Origin: a virus
Lineage: Duplodnaviria; Caudoviricetes
DNA length: 49,193 bases
IMG/VR virus record: IMGVR_UViG_3300028293_000009
Location: 1-49,193 of that record
Direction: 5' to 3' (one strand)
Both the position numbers and the translations under genes were made by a program. How positions within the stretch are numbered: position 1 is the first letter of the stretch; each line of letters opens with the position of its first letter. The notes under the pieces were generated by a model. It was given only the letters and a program-made list of their open reading frames with translations. It searched no databases and was not told where the DNA came from. Shown here piece by piece: positions 26,354 to 36,225 of the stretch.

Positions 26354-29300
26354 CAGGACGTTCTCCCCGTCTTGTCTTCGCTCGTCGAGGTGGCGAGGTC
26401 AATCGCGATGCCGACCAGGCCGAACTTGTCACGCTGGCCGTAGGTTCCCAGGCGCATGCGATGGTAGGTCCCGGCCCGGTTCGATCGCGGCTTCGGCGGC
26501 CTTTCGCTGTAGCCGGTAGCCATTGGGACCTGAGCCGTTTCGAAGCGCACCTCGTCGGACGGCCAGGCCTGCTCGGCCTTGTCCGCGCGCATCACGCCGG
26601 AGATGTCGAGCTGCAGGTCACCCGGCAGAGGCAGGGTCTCGATCGCAATACGGTTGAGGAACTGGTCGCTCGCAATGAACCCCTCCTTGAACCAGGGCGT
26701 CGTCCAGTAGCCTGGGTACGCGCCGATGACGAAGGACGTGTGTGACTGCCAGTTGGGGAGAGGCTCATCCCACTCGATCCGGGTTCCGGTGTTGGCCTTG
26801 ATCGTTCGCGTTTCCTCGAGCGCGCCGCCGTTGTAGGTGATCTTGACGGAGACACCCTGCAGGCCCGCGAGCGCCGTCGGGAAGTTGGCCGTCGGAAGGT
26901 CGATCGCGGTCGAGGTTCCGAGGAGGTTGCCCGTCGCTTCGAGCGTGACTGGCCCGTAGCGATTCTCCTCGTCGTCCGCCCCTTCGATGATGACGTCGTC
27001 GTCGAGCCGCAGGATCCGCCCGTCGGTTCCCCCGATCGCGAGGATCTGTTCCTGCTCGCGCTGCAGGACGCGCATGTAGGCGTGGGCGACCCCCTGCCAC
27101 CTGAGCCAGCACATGGCGCCGAGGTCGAAGACCAGGATCGTGTCATTGAACTCCTGGCCCTTCCGGCGCACGGAGATCAGATACTGCGAGAAGGCCCGCA
27201 GGAAAGCGCCGTGCTGCCCGTAGAGCCCAGGGTTCGATCGGTCGACGACGTTGCGCCAGGTCGGCTCGATGAAGTCGCTGAGGTACTGGACCTCGCTGTT
27301 GTTGAAGACCCCGACCCCGCGCTCGGAGCTACCGTAGAGGAGGTTGCCGCCGGCAGCAGTGCCGCCGCCGATTGACTCGCCGGCCTGCACGAGGCGAAGC
27401 GCGGCGTCGAGCGCGGTCGCCGCGACGATTGCTCCGACACTGAGGCCGAAGATGGAGTCGCGCTTCCCGAGGAAGACCTGGCCGAGGTTGTGCCCGATCC
27501 CGATGACCGGCTTGCCGTCCTCGCTGTCGATGATGATCGCGGCGCTGCTGACAGGGAACTGGCTGATCTCCGACGTCGAGGAGAAGGCAACGGCGTTCTG
27601 GCCTGCCGGCTGCTCCGGGAGATCGGCGAGCACCAAGCTCGATCCGGCGATGGCACAGTGCCGAGCTCGCGGCGCGGGGAGCTGATTGCCGGCGTCCGGC
27701 GAGAGGCCGCTGGCCGCGTAGACCTGGACGTCGGCCCGCGAGCTGTCGTTGTCATTGATGTCGCGGTTGAAGACCGGAGTGCCGCCGCCGGTGGCGCTGA
27801 GGTAGATGCGCCGCGCGACGACCTGCGGGTCCGGACTGCGCGGCAGGTAGCGGATCTGCAGGTGCAGACTGCCCGCCGCCGAGGCCAGGTTGTACTCGCC
27901 GACCTGCACCGGATCGCTCTCGAGCCCGTCCTCCGTGACGAAGGAGACAACCACGAGATAGAGGCCGGCCGTGACTGTGGTGCCGGCCGTTGTGGTGGCC
28001 ACGAGCTCCACGTAGTCCGGCACCGGAGGCGCGACGCCAAGTCGTCTCACGCGGAATGGCGTCGGGACTTGGAAGCCTCGGAACTCGATGCGCTGCGGAT
28101 TGGCCGCGCCGTTGGTGACGACGAGTCGATCGCGGAAGGCGACGGAACGGTAGTGCCGCCCCTCCTCCTGCCGCAGGCCGCTCGCGATCACGTAGAACTC
28201 GCGGATGCGGATCTCGGCTGGGAAGTCCTCGTCGGCCACGTTCGCCAGCAGCCAGCCATCGCCCTCGTCCATCGGCCATGTGTGAAGCGCGGCCGCGTCG
28301 TGAGTGCCGAGCTCGGGGACGTAGCCGTCCGCACCGGTCGGCCATCGCGTGGTGTCCTGTGAGGTTCGCACGGCGACGTCGGCGATGTAGCCAAACCAAG
28401 ACTGGATCGAGAGCGTGAGGATCGGCGCAGAGTCCGGCAGGCTGTAGATGCTGCGGCCGTCCTTGGAGCCGCCGATGTAGAGCTCGGCGCTCGGCAGCAG
28501 GCTCGCCGCTGATCCCCAGGCCGAGGTCTTGTTGACGCCGACCGCGAGGGAGTTCGTGTTGACGAGCGCGGTGCTTTGCCCGTTGATCCAGACCTTGACG
28601 TCGGTGGGGCCGATGAGGACGACCAGGTGATTCCAGACGCCGACCTTCAGGCTCGTCGTGCGTGACACGTCTGCGGGCGTGCCCGTGATGCTGCCCTCTT
28701 GGAATCGCCAGACGAAGCTCGTGCCTTCGACGCCCAGCACCGTGATCGCGCCGTTGTCGGCGTAGACCATCCAGTTCACGATGTTCCCGACGTTCGACTT
28801 GTGCGCGATCATGCGCAGGCCGTCGAGCCGGAGCGGCTTGAGCCAACAGCTGAACTGGATCACGGTCTTGGTCGCGGTGCCGACGACGTTGATGTCGTTG
28901 ACCGCGTCGGTCAGCGCGAGCACGTGGCTGTCGAGGCCACCGGCGAAGAGCAGGCGCCCCTCGTCCCAGGCCGGCTTCGCCCAGAAGAGTTGTCGGCCGC
29001 AGGCAGCGATCTGCAGGCGCCTGCTTTGCGTCTGCACGTCGTAGTCCGCGAGCAGCGTCACCGGCGTCGTGCCGGGGGCCGCCGGAACCATGGCCGTCGT
29101 CCAGCGACAGCCGAACTCCGCTGGCGACCGGAAGCCGTAGGGCTTCTGCCTGTGGCTCTTGAAGCCCGGGTTGAGGCTGAAGAGCGTGTTCTCGGTCTCG
29201 TCGAGGACGTCGGCCTCCGCGCACCGGCGCTCGGCCGCCCCGAGGAGTCCGACCTGATCCGTCACGGAACTGAACTGGACGTGGACGTGCTTGAAGGGGT

Positions 29301-31554
29301 TGGTCTCCTGCTTCCCGGGGAACTCTCCCGGGAAGATGCCGCCGTGGTATCGGTACTCAAGGCTGAGGAGGTAGGCGCCTTTGTAGTCGAAGTCCCGGTC
29401 GTCGGAATCGAACCTGTAGTAGGCGAGGGTGTGATAGACGCGCGCGCCGACGGCGCTGAGGATGTCGTGCCCAAGGACGTCGGTGGGGATGTCGGTGACC
29501 TTGGTTGTGTCGGAGAGCGTGTACTCTGAAGGATCGGCGACCGCGTTGACGCTGGCGATCGGCACTCCATCGGAGACCTGCGTTGCGATCACAGGGAGTG
29601 AGCCGCGGCTGTCCTTCCGGATCGTGTCCTCGCCGTCGGTTGGCATCAGCTGCTTCCTGTCGCCGGGGACCGCCGTGCGCGGATTCTGGAACGTCCGCGA
29701 CTCTGGGAAACGCCAGTTCTCCGCGTCTTCCGGACCGTGGCGCGTGACAAGGGTTCCCGCGTTCGGAGTCGTGATGATCCGGAACGTCTCGATGCGGCCG
29801 CAGAAGCCGCTCGCGGCATCCGTGTTGAGCTGCCAAGTCTCGGCAATGCCGCTGCTCGCGGTGCTCGGCGCCGTGGCTCGGATCATCCGCTCGAAGGATC
29901 CCATGCCGAGGGTGATGCCGCTCGGCTCGTGGCTGTTACCCGTGGTCGCAACCGTCTGGTAGTTGTTTGGGTTGAGTGCGCCCGATGACTTGTGCAGGAC
30001 GCCGTCGATGAACATCTGAAGCTGCGTGCCGCCGTCGATGCGCACGAGCGCCACCGCGTAGCGGCGCCCAGCCTGCAACACGATGTCGCTCGTGAGTGGG
30101 CCCTGGTAGTTGGCGCCGATTGCCTGGGCTGTTACTGCCGGGTTCGGATGAGCGGGGTCGCCGTCGCGACAGTAGCCGAGCAGCTTTCCGTCCTGGTTGA
30201 TCTCCAGCCGCAACACGCTATGGATCTCGGCGATCACCTGGTTCGTCTCCGGCTCGATCGAGTCGACCCAGAACTCGACGGCGATTCCGTGCGGCATGTT
30301 ATCGCGGACGAGTCTCGTCATCGCAGCGACGCTGGTCGGAATCGCGACCGAGCGCCAGTTCGGGCCATCGACGTCGAGGAGCGCGTAGCTCGTGGTTCCG
30401 TTGTAGAACCAGGAGCCGCCTTCCTTGCCGCCGTCGTCCGCGTTGCACGACACCGGGCCGCGCGGCACGAAGAACATGTGGTTGCCGCGGCCGGTCTCCT
30501 CGCGAACGTAGTCCTCCGCGTCGCCGCGCATCGACCATAGCCCGATGAGGCCGATCTGACTGGCGAACTGCAACTTGGTCTGGATCTGCAGGGCGTCGAG
30601 GCTCGCCGGCGACTTCCAAATCGCGATGTCGTCAACCTTCCCCTCCGGTCTGATCTTCGCGTACCAGTAGCCGCCGGAGGCCGCGGTCGTCATGCCGAGT
30701 CCTGGCCGCTGCGTCGCGGATCCGGTGGCCGTGTCGCTAACGAACCGCATGGGGCAGTCGAAGACCTGGATCGGGCACTTGTTCCACGCCACTGTGCCGG
30801 CGTAGGGCGCGCTGACGTTCTCGACGTAGACCGGAGTCTCGCCGTCCCGCACGCGCGCCACGCGAATCCCGAGACCGCTTGCGGTGACGGCCCCGATGAT
30901 GTGGTAACGGCCGCCGACCTCGACTGGCACCGTGCTCGTAGCCGTCTGCAGCGTCCAGCTGCCGGCGACCAGGACGTGCGCCGAGATGCGGAAGCTCCAG
31001 ACCGGAGCGGCGCCGCTGCCGCTGTTGAAGATGTAGATGCAGAAGGGCATGCCCGCGTTCGAGTGCGTTCCCCACTGCTTGTCGACCGTCGTCGGAGAGG
31101 CGAAACCGAACTTGTGCGTTGGCCCCTTGCTGATGATCGGCAGGATCTTCGTCGTGAACGGCGCCGGGTTGTAGTCCGCCGATCCGCTGCTCTGGCCGTT
31201 GCCGCCGTGGAGCGGGATCAGGCTCGTCGGGCTGAACCACAGGCTCACCGCGAAGCTGTCCATGCCCTCATAGATCGTGCGATGGCCCGCGACCATGTGG
31301 CCAGGCGAGATGATGAAGTCGCCCTCGGCCGCGACGCCGCTGTCGCTGAGTGCGCTGCGCGTGCGCCAGGCGACGTTCTCGATGCAGTCGCCAGGCATCC
31401 GATCCTTGAACAGCGGGACGAAGCCGCCGCGCTTCTGCAGGACACCGTCGCGCAACACGACGTTGAGAGCGTCCGGCGACTGGTCTCCCTTGAGGAGCGT
31501 CGGCGGCATCTTCGTATTGAGGCCGCCGAGGATCGGCTTGATCGTCTGTTTCAC
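26353..31554 (-). CDS. tail nozzle/stabilisation protein with about three LamG/ConA-like inserts
   Basis: N-terminal GGLNT..L..DQSPDALNV..GVLQKRGG; LamG motifs such as FSCWLKP..VGVWNHLVV..VWINGQ..LYIGG..FGYIADVAV; beta-propeller-like C-terminal half. Confidence 0.7.
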   Translation of the reverse strand: MKQTIKPILGGLNTKMPPTLLKGDQSPDALNVVLRDGVLQKRGGFVPLFKDRMPGDCIENVAWRTRSALSDSGVAAEGDFIISPGHMVAGHRTIYEGMDSFAVSLWFSPTSLIPLHGGNGQSSGSADYNPAPFTTKILPIISKGPTHKFGFASPTTVDKQWGTHSNAGMPFCIYIFNSGSGAAPVWSFRISAHVLVAGSWTLQTATSTVPVEVGGRYHIIGAVTASGLGIRVARVRDGETPVYVENVSAPYAGTVAWNKCPIQVFDCPMRFVSDTATGSATQRPGLGMTTAASGGYWYAKIRPEGKVDDIAIWKSPASLDALQIQTKLQFASQIGLIGLWSMRGDAEDYVREETGRGNHMFFVPRGPVSCNADDGGKEGGSWFYNGTTSYALLDVDGPNWRSVAIPTSVAAMTRLVRDNMPHGIAVEFWVDSIEPETNQVIAEIHSVLRLEINQDGKLLGYCRDGDPAHPNPAVTAQAIGANYQGPLTSDIVLQAGRRYAVALVRIDGGTQLQMFIDGVLHKSSGALNPNNYQTVATTGNSHEPSGITLGMGSFERMIRATAPSTASSGIAETWQLNTDAASGFCGRIETFRIITTPNAGTLVTRHGPEDAENWRFPESRTFQNPRTAVPGDRKQLMPTDGEDTIRKDSRGSLPVIATQVSDGVPIASVNAVADPSEYTLSDTTKVTDIPTDVLGHDILSAVGARVYHTLAYYRFDSDDRDFDYKGAYLLSLEYRYHGGIFPGEFPGKQETNPFKHVHVQFSSVTDQVGLLGAAERRCAEADVLDETENTLFSLNPGFKSHRQKPYGFRSPAEFGCRWTTAMVPAAPGTTPVTLLADYDVQTQSRRLQIAACGRQLFWAKPAWDEGRLLFAGGLDSHVLALTDAVNDINVVGTATKTVIQFSCWLKPLRLDGLRMIAHKSNVGNIVNWMVYADNGAITVLGVEGTSFVWRFQEGSITGTPADVSRTTSLKVGVWNHLVVLIGPTDVKVWINGQSTALVNTNSLAVGVNKTSAWGSAASLLPSAELYIGGSKDGRSIYSLPDSAPILTLSIQSWFGYIADVAVRTSQDTTRWPTGADGYVPELGTHDAAALHTWPMDEGDGWLLANVADEDFPAEIRIREFYVIASGLRQEEGRHYRSVAFRDRLVVTNGAANPQRIEFRGFQVPTPFRVRRLGVAPPVPDYVELVATTTAGTTVTAGLYLVVVSFVTEDGLESDPVQVGEYNLASAAGSLHLQIRYLPRSPDPQVVARRIYLSATGGGTPVFNRDINDNDSSRADVQVYAASGLSPDAGNQLPAPRARHCAIAGSSLVLADLPEQPAGQNAVAFSSTSEISQFPVSSAAIIIDSEDGKPVIGIGHNLGQVFLGKRDSIFGLSVGAIVAATALDAALRLVQAGESIGGGTAAGGNLLYGSSERGVGVFNNSEVQYLSDFIEPTWRNVVDRSNPGLYGQHGAFLRAFSQYLISVRRKGQEFNDTILVFDLGAMCWLRWQGVAHAYMRVLQREQEQILAIGGTDGRILRLDDDVIIEGADDEENRYGPVTLEATGNLLGTSTAIDLPTANFPTALAGLQGVSVKITYNGGALEETRTIKANTGTRIEWDEPLPNWQSHTSFVIGAYPGYWTTPWFKEGFIASDQFLNRIAIETLPLPGDLQLDISGVMRADKAEQAWPSDEVRFETAQVPMATGYSERPPKPRSNRAGTYHRMRLGTYGQRDKFGLVGIAIDLATSTSEDKTGRTS

Positions 31555-32423
31555 CGGACGATCCTGCTCGAGTAGAACCTCGTCGGCTCTCCGCTCGACC
31601 TGACCGCGATGCCCGACTCGAAGTTCTGCTGCATCATCAGGAGCTTCTTCTCGGCCGCGGCCCGCTCCTCCTCGCTGCCCTGCCGCGTGAACATCTCCTG
31701 CGTGACGATCCTGACGAGGTAGTTCGCGAACTCGTCAGGCACGGGAACCACGATCGCGAAGTTGTCGTTCGCCGTCGGGTATGGAAAAGGCTCCGTGAAG
31801 GTGAGCACCTGCTCGACGTGTGACGTGCAGCGGCGCACGAAGCCCAGGTTCGGGCCCGACACCGCCTCGAACCGCTGGCCGGTGTAGACGTTGTCGCCGG
31901 GCTTGAAGGTGCCGTCCTCCTGGACGACCGTGAGGGAGAACTCACCGCTGGCGCCGCTCGCGACGAAGTAGAACAGCGGGGCGAGCTGTCGGATGTACCA
32001 GACGCGCAGGGTCGTGAAGCCGGCGATGTGCCCGCGGATCTGAATCGATCCGTTTGGGCCCCAGTGCCAGACCGCCCGCGATCCGGGGAAGACGCCGCGG
32101 GCTTGGTCCTTCTGCTCCAGCGGGGCCTTCACCAGCGGGTAGGTTCCAACCGACGCGCCGGGATTGAGGAACTCGAGGAGCTGCGGGTCAGCGATGCGCT
32201 CGGCCGGCGAGAACTGGTAGACGTCCGTCTCCACTCGCGTCAGCGTGGTCACGGTGATGTCGTCGTAGTCGAGGCCGTGGCTGTCCCCGTGCGTGCGTAG
32301 CACGGTGAAGATGTCCGAGATCGCGTCGTCGAAGGCGCGCAGGATCTCCTCGTCGTCGAAGGCGCGGGCGTCGCGGTCGTGGATGCGCTCCCGCACTCGG
32401 AGGATGGCAGCCCTGACGTTCAT
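31551..32423 (-). CDS. head-tail adaptor / tail tubular protein A-like
   Basis: Helical N-terminus RVRERIHD..FDDEEILRAFDDA, C-terminal VPDEFANYLV; lies upstream of the nozzle. Confidence 0.65.
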   Translation of the reverse strand: MNVRAAILRVRERIHDRDARAFDDEEILRAFDDAISDIFTVLRTHGDSHGLDYDDITVTTLTRVETDVYQFSPAERIADPQLLEFLNPGASVGTYPLVKAPLEQKDQARGVFPGSRAVWHWGPNGSIQIRGHIAGFTTLRVWYIRQLAPLFYFVASGASGEFSLTVVQEDGTFKPGDNVYTGQRFEAVSGPNLGFVRRCTSHVEQVLTFTEPFPYPTANDNFAIVVPVPDEFANYLVRIVTQEMFTRQGSEEERAAAEKKLLMMQQNFESGIAVRSSGEPTRFYSSRIVR

Positions 32424-32830
32424 GGCCTGGCGACGACGAGCCTGTTGTTGAGGGCGTTGAACAGATCCTTGGAGCCTTCCCGGATGCGGTCGCGCGACCT
32501 GCTCTTGATCGACTCGGCCTCACGGCACTCGTCGAGCGATCGGAGGAACCGCTCCTGCTCCCACTTGTCGTCGAGCCGAGCGGGGTGGCAGGAGTTGAGG
32601 AAGTTGACCGTGTTGTGCAGGTTCGGCGTCTCGAACCGCGTCTTGCTGCCGAGCACGCGTATCAGCAGTTGCTTGCCGTTGACGTTCTGCACCAGGCACC
32701 ACCGCTCGTGTTCCTGGTGCCACAGGATGTCGACGGTCGGGTGCAGCCGGGCCATCGCCTCCTGGACGTGATCCGGCACCTGGCCGCCTGCCTTCGCCGC
32801 CCACTTCTCTGTGCTGCGTTGGATCCTCAT
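32420..32830 (-). CDS. hypothetical protein of the virion operon
   Basis: ATGA coupling; LHPTVDILWHQEHERWCL. Confidence 0.65.
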   Translation of the reverse strand: MRIQRSTEKWAAKAGGQVPDHVQEAMARLHPTVDILWHQEHERWCLVQNVNGKQLLIRVLGSKTRFETPNLHNTVNFLNSCHPARLDDKWEQERFLRSLDECREAESIKSRSRDRIREGSKDLFNALNNRLVVARP

Positions 32831-33651
32831 CGCACGTTGTCTGCCGAGAGCATCTGCATGATGACCTGGATGTTGTCCGTGATCGCCCACTGCGAGACGG
32901 CGGTCGCGTCGTTGATCGCGAGTTTGTCGGGCGTGCCGATCCATCCCGAGGCTGACTGCCCGATCTCGATCTTGTCGCTGGCGACAGTCTGGATCGGACT
33001 GCCGGCGCCAGTCATGTCCTGGATCGTCAGGCCGAGGATTTCGAGCGGACGACGATCCACGCTCGCCGGCGGCGCCTTAGTGATGGCGGGGCCGACGCGC
33101 TGCGTGAAGTTGAACGGCGTTCTCGTCGTCGGCCCGACGCGCCTGCCGGAACGCAGCGGCAGCGGGAGGCCGAGATTAGTTCCGGCGATGTGGTTGTTCG
33201 TGGCGTCGATCGTTTGGGTCCAGTCCCAGCGCCGGCCGAGAGAGAGTGTGTCGCCTCCTGCGGCGAGCCCCGTATGCAGGAGGTCGACGCGGTCGACGTG
33301 CACGAACACCTTGGCGAGGTAGATGAAATTGTTGGTCTTCGCGGCCAACGTCAGAGTCGGCGTGAGCTCGTCGACGTACTCGTGGAACTGGTCGTAGCCG
33401 CGCACGCGCAGCTTGACTGTGCCAGCGACCGGCGCTCCCTGCACGATCTGAGCGACGAGCGTCCCTCCGTAGGCCTGGATCCTGTTGTTCAGCGTGAAGG
33501 TCGCAAACGATCCAGCGGCACCGACGACCTGTGCGTTGACGAAGTACGTCGCAGAGCTCTGCGCCAGCATGCGGAACTGGCGGTAGGCGAGGCCTGAGCC
33601 CGGGGCGACGTTGCCCTCGAGCAGGCCGGCGATTCGTGGGTTGGTCGCCAT
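32827..33651 (-). CDS. virion structural protein, paralog 2 (decoration/cement-like)
   Basis: Shares motifs with 33656-34720 (VRGYDQF..KVFVHVD..IGQSASGW). Confidence 0.7.
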   Translation of the reverse strand: MATNPRIAGLLEGNVAPGSGLAYRQFRMLAQSSATYFVNAQVVGAAGSFATFTLNNRIQAYGGTLVAQIVQGAPVAGTVKLRVRGYDQFHEYVDELTPTLTLAAKTNNFIYLAKVFVHVDRVDLLHTGLAAGGDTLSLGRRWDWTQTIDATNNHIAGTNLGLPLPLRSGRRVGPTTRTPFNFTQRVGPAITKAPPASVDRRPLEILGLTIQDMTGAGSPIQTVASDKIEIGQSASGWIGTPDKLAINDATAVSQWAITDNIQVIMQMLSADNVR

Positions 33652-33655
33652 GGGA

Positions 33656-34720
33656 TCACCCGTTCGGGTAGCCGCGAGTGGCGTTGGCGCCGCGCGCCGT
33701 GCCGAGCGTCGACCGGATCATCGCGGAGAGCTGGAGGTCGTCTTCGCCGGCGCGCGCGTAGAGCGTCGCCAGTCCGCCGGCCCTCGTGCTGGATCCGCCA
33801 AGGTTGATGTTGGCTATCTTCGTCGTCCACGGAGTTCCGTCCGTGCTGAAGAACCCGAACTTGTGCATGTAGCCCTGCCAGCCAGCGGCGCTGCGGCCGA
33901 TGCAGCATCCGGTGACAGGAGCTGCTCCGGCGACTGACTTCTGTCCGCGCGCGGGCAGCGGAGCCGTCGTATTCAAGACTGTCGGCGTGTTGTGCTCGCG
34001 CAGGATGACACCCATGGCGCCGATGATCTCCGGCGTCGGGAACGGCATGTCCGGTCCGAATGGGCCGACGCGCAGCGGCGTTCCCACGCCCCAGTTCGGC
34101 GCCGTGCCGACGAAGTCGAGGTTGGTCGACGCGATCGCGCTACCGCGCGCAGCCTCCCAGGTCGCGTCGCCAGGGTGGTCCGTGATCGCGAAGTTCGAGG
34201 CAAGCAGCGGGTCGATGATCGTGTGGCGGCCGATCGAAGCGATCGAAACGGTGCCAACGTTGCTGATGTTGCCGGTGATGACGTAGACCTCGTCGACCGT
34301 CGCGAACACCTTCGACATGTTGACGACGAACCACTGGCTTGTCGCGTCGATCACCTTGCTGATGAGCGGCGTGATCTCCTCCTGGTAGACGCCGAACTGG
34401 TTGGTGCCCACCATGCGGATGCGCACCTTGACCGTCTGTGGGAATCCGACAGCGAGGCTCGGGAAGGCGACGATCGACACGGAGGGTGTCATCGGCACGA
34501 TCATCACGGGATTCCACGTGCCGCCCGCGGCCCTGATTCCGGTGGGCCAGGTTCCCATCAGGGAAGCGTCGGCGTTGCCGATGAAGCCCTCGCCGACTGC
34601 GTTGAAGAGGGTCGTGATGACCGAGTGCAGTTGCCCGTTCCGCATCCCCGAGCCGATGTGAACGTTCTCTTCCTTGATCCCAACGCCCGCAGGTTGCGGG
34701 GTCTCTGCGTACTGAACCAT
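33656..34720 (-). CDS. virion structural protein, paralog 1 (decoration/cement-like)
   Basis: Directly after MCP; AGGA RBS; MVGTNQF..KVFATVD..IGRSAAGW. Confidence 0.7.
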   Translation of the reverse strand: MVQYAETPQPAGVGIKEENVHIGSGMRNGQLHSVITTLFNAVGEGFIGNADASLMGTWPTGIRAAGGTWNPVMIVPMTPSVSIVAFPSLAVGFPQTVKVRIRMVGTNQFGVYQEEITPLISKVIDATSQWFVVNMSKVFATVDEVYVITGNISNVGTVSIASIGRHTIIDPLLASNFAITDHPGDATWEAARGSAIASTNLDFVGTAPNWGVGTPLRVGPFGPDMPFPTPEIIGAMGVILREHNTPTVLNTTAPLPARGQKSVAGAAPVTGCCIGRSAAGWQGYMHKFGFFSTDGTPWTTKIANINLGGSSTRAGGLATLYARAGEDDLQLSAMIRSTLGTARGANATRGYPNG

Positions 34721-34812
34721 CGCGTTTCCTTGCCCGTCTCCTTGTGCAGCGGGCGGGCCACCCACTGACAAGCCCCAGGAACCGCTGAGGCGCCGGTGCG
34801 TGCGCGACCCGA

Positions 34813-36210
34813 CTACGGGTCGAGGATGTCCTGGATCGAACCGTTGCGGTTGCGCGCGTCCGTGCCCATCTCCCAGTAGTGGTAGAGGCAGGCCTGGAAG
34901 GCGTCCTGGTTCTCCATGCGCGTCAGGATCGAGCCGTCGGCGTCCATCCAGTTGTAGTCCGTCTCGGAGGCGATGAAGATCGTCTCGAGCGAGAGGCCGT
35001 AGATGCGACCGCGCGTGCAGTCCTTGTCGACGACGAGCGGGCGCCCGTCGTAGGTGAGGCTCTTGAACCCGCCGTCGAGCTCCATCGTGTTGACGTACTG
35101 CTTCGCGGCGACGAGCAGGTTGAGGTACTGCCGGCGGATGCCGTGCGTCGTGATCCACAGGTCGATGGAGCCGGCGGCCGTCTGGTCCTCCAGGTCCATG
35201 AGCTGCTGGAACATGTCGGGCGAGAAGGGAATCGGCGTGCCCGCGTTGTCGATGATCGGCGACTTCCAGATCGGGAACGTCGCGATCGGAATCGCGCCGA
35301 GGCCGGTCGGCCAGGACACGTTGTCTTGGAACACCGGGTCCGCGTCGTCGATGATCGCAGCGAGACCGTTCTGCTCGTATCCGCGTGCCCACGAAGAGCC
35401 CGGAAGATCCGTGCTCGCCTCGCTGGCGAGGTAGAGGTACTGAGTTCCCGACGTCTGCACGAGGTTGATCGGGGCTCCGGCAGCATCGACGAAGTTGACC
35501 GTGCCGGCCGACTTGTCCACGCTCGCGAGGAAGGCAGCTCGCATGCTGCCCGCGAAGGTCGCTCCGCCGCTCGTCGGGATCGTTCCGATCGACACCGAGC
35601 CGGTGTCCGAGGTCACCGAGCTGAGCACGGCGACGCGCATCCCGTTGTCGAGGTACTGCGTTCCCAGCGCAGTCGACACGATGCCACCCGGGTTGATGAC
35701 GGTCCACGGCCCCGCGCTTCCCGCGGAAGTTCCCACGAGCTGGCAGAGGCGGCCGGAGCCGTCGCCGAACATCACGCGGTTGTCGTTGACCTGCACGTCC
35801 TGGACGAGGCCTTGCACTTCGCCGTCCATGACGCGGATAAAGGAGCCGCGGTCGCTTCGCGATGCCGAGGCCGCCGGCCCCGAGAACTTGATGCGGCCGT
35901 AGCTGTACTTCGCGTTGTAGCGCGCCTGTTGGTAACGCTGCTGTTGCGGGTCTGGCAGGCGGCCGCCTTCTGCGATCGAGCCGTAGCCGAAGTTGCGACC
36001 GACGCGGAGGTCGATCACCATGTACTTGCCCTCGATCATCGTCTCCGGTCTGCGGCCAATCAGCCGCTTGAGGACGGTGTTCGAGTTCAACTGGTCGACG
36101 ATCGCCGGTTGATAGACTTCCTTCAGGATCTGCGAGAGTGCCGCGGCTCCTGCCGCCGTCGACACGAGGTTGGAGCCACGAGTGGCCCCAGAGACCGTAC
36201 CAACTGCCAT
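34813..36210 (-). CDS. major capsid protein (HK97 fold)
   Basis: LKEVYQPAIVDQLN..GSIAEGGRLP..NRVMFGDGSG..GGFKSLTYDGRPLVVDKDC..ARNRNGSIQD; GGAGG RBS; follows the scaffold. Confidence 0.88.
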   Translation of the reverse strand: MAVGTVSGATRGSNLVSTAAGAAALSQILKEVYQPAIVDQLNSNTVLKRLIGRRPETMIEGKYMVIDLRVGRNFGYGSIAEGGRLPDPQQQRYQQARYNAKYSYGRIKFSGPAASASRSDRGSFIRVMDGEVQGLVQDVQVNDNRVMFGDGSGRLCQLVGTSAGSAGPWTVINPGGIVSTALGTQYLDNGMRVAVLSSVTSDTGSVSIGTIPTSGGATFAGSMRAAFLASVDKSAGTVNFVDAAGAPINLVQTSGTQYLYLASEASTDLPGSSWARGYEQNGLAAIIDDADPVFQDNVSWPTGLGAIPIATFPIWKSPIIDNAGTPIPFSPDMFQQLMDLEDQTAAGSIDLWITTHGIRRQYLNLLVAAKQYVNTMELDGGFKSLTYDGRPLVVDKDCTRGRIYGLSLETIFIASETDYNWMDADGSILTRMENQDAFQACLYHYWEMGTDARNRNGSIQDILDP

Positions 36211-36225
36211 ACCCTACCTCCGAGG

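Noticed and set aside
33656-35707. 683-aa ORF as listed in the ORF track
   Set aside because: Its 5' half overlaps MCP out of frame. The likely start is ATG 34720, which has an RBS.
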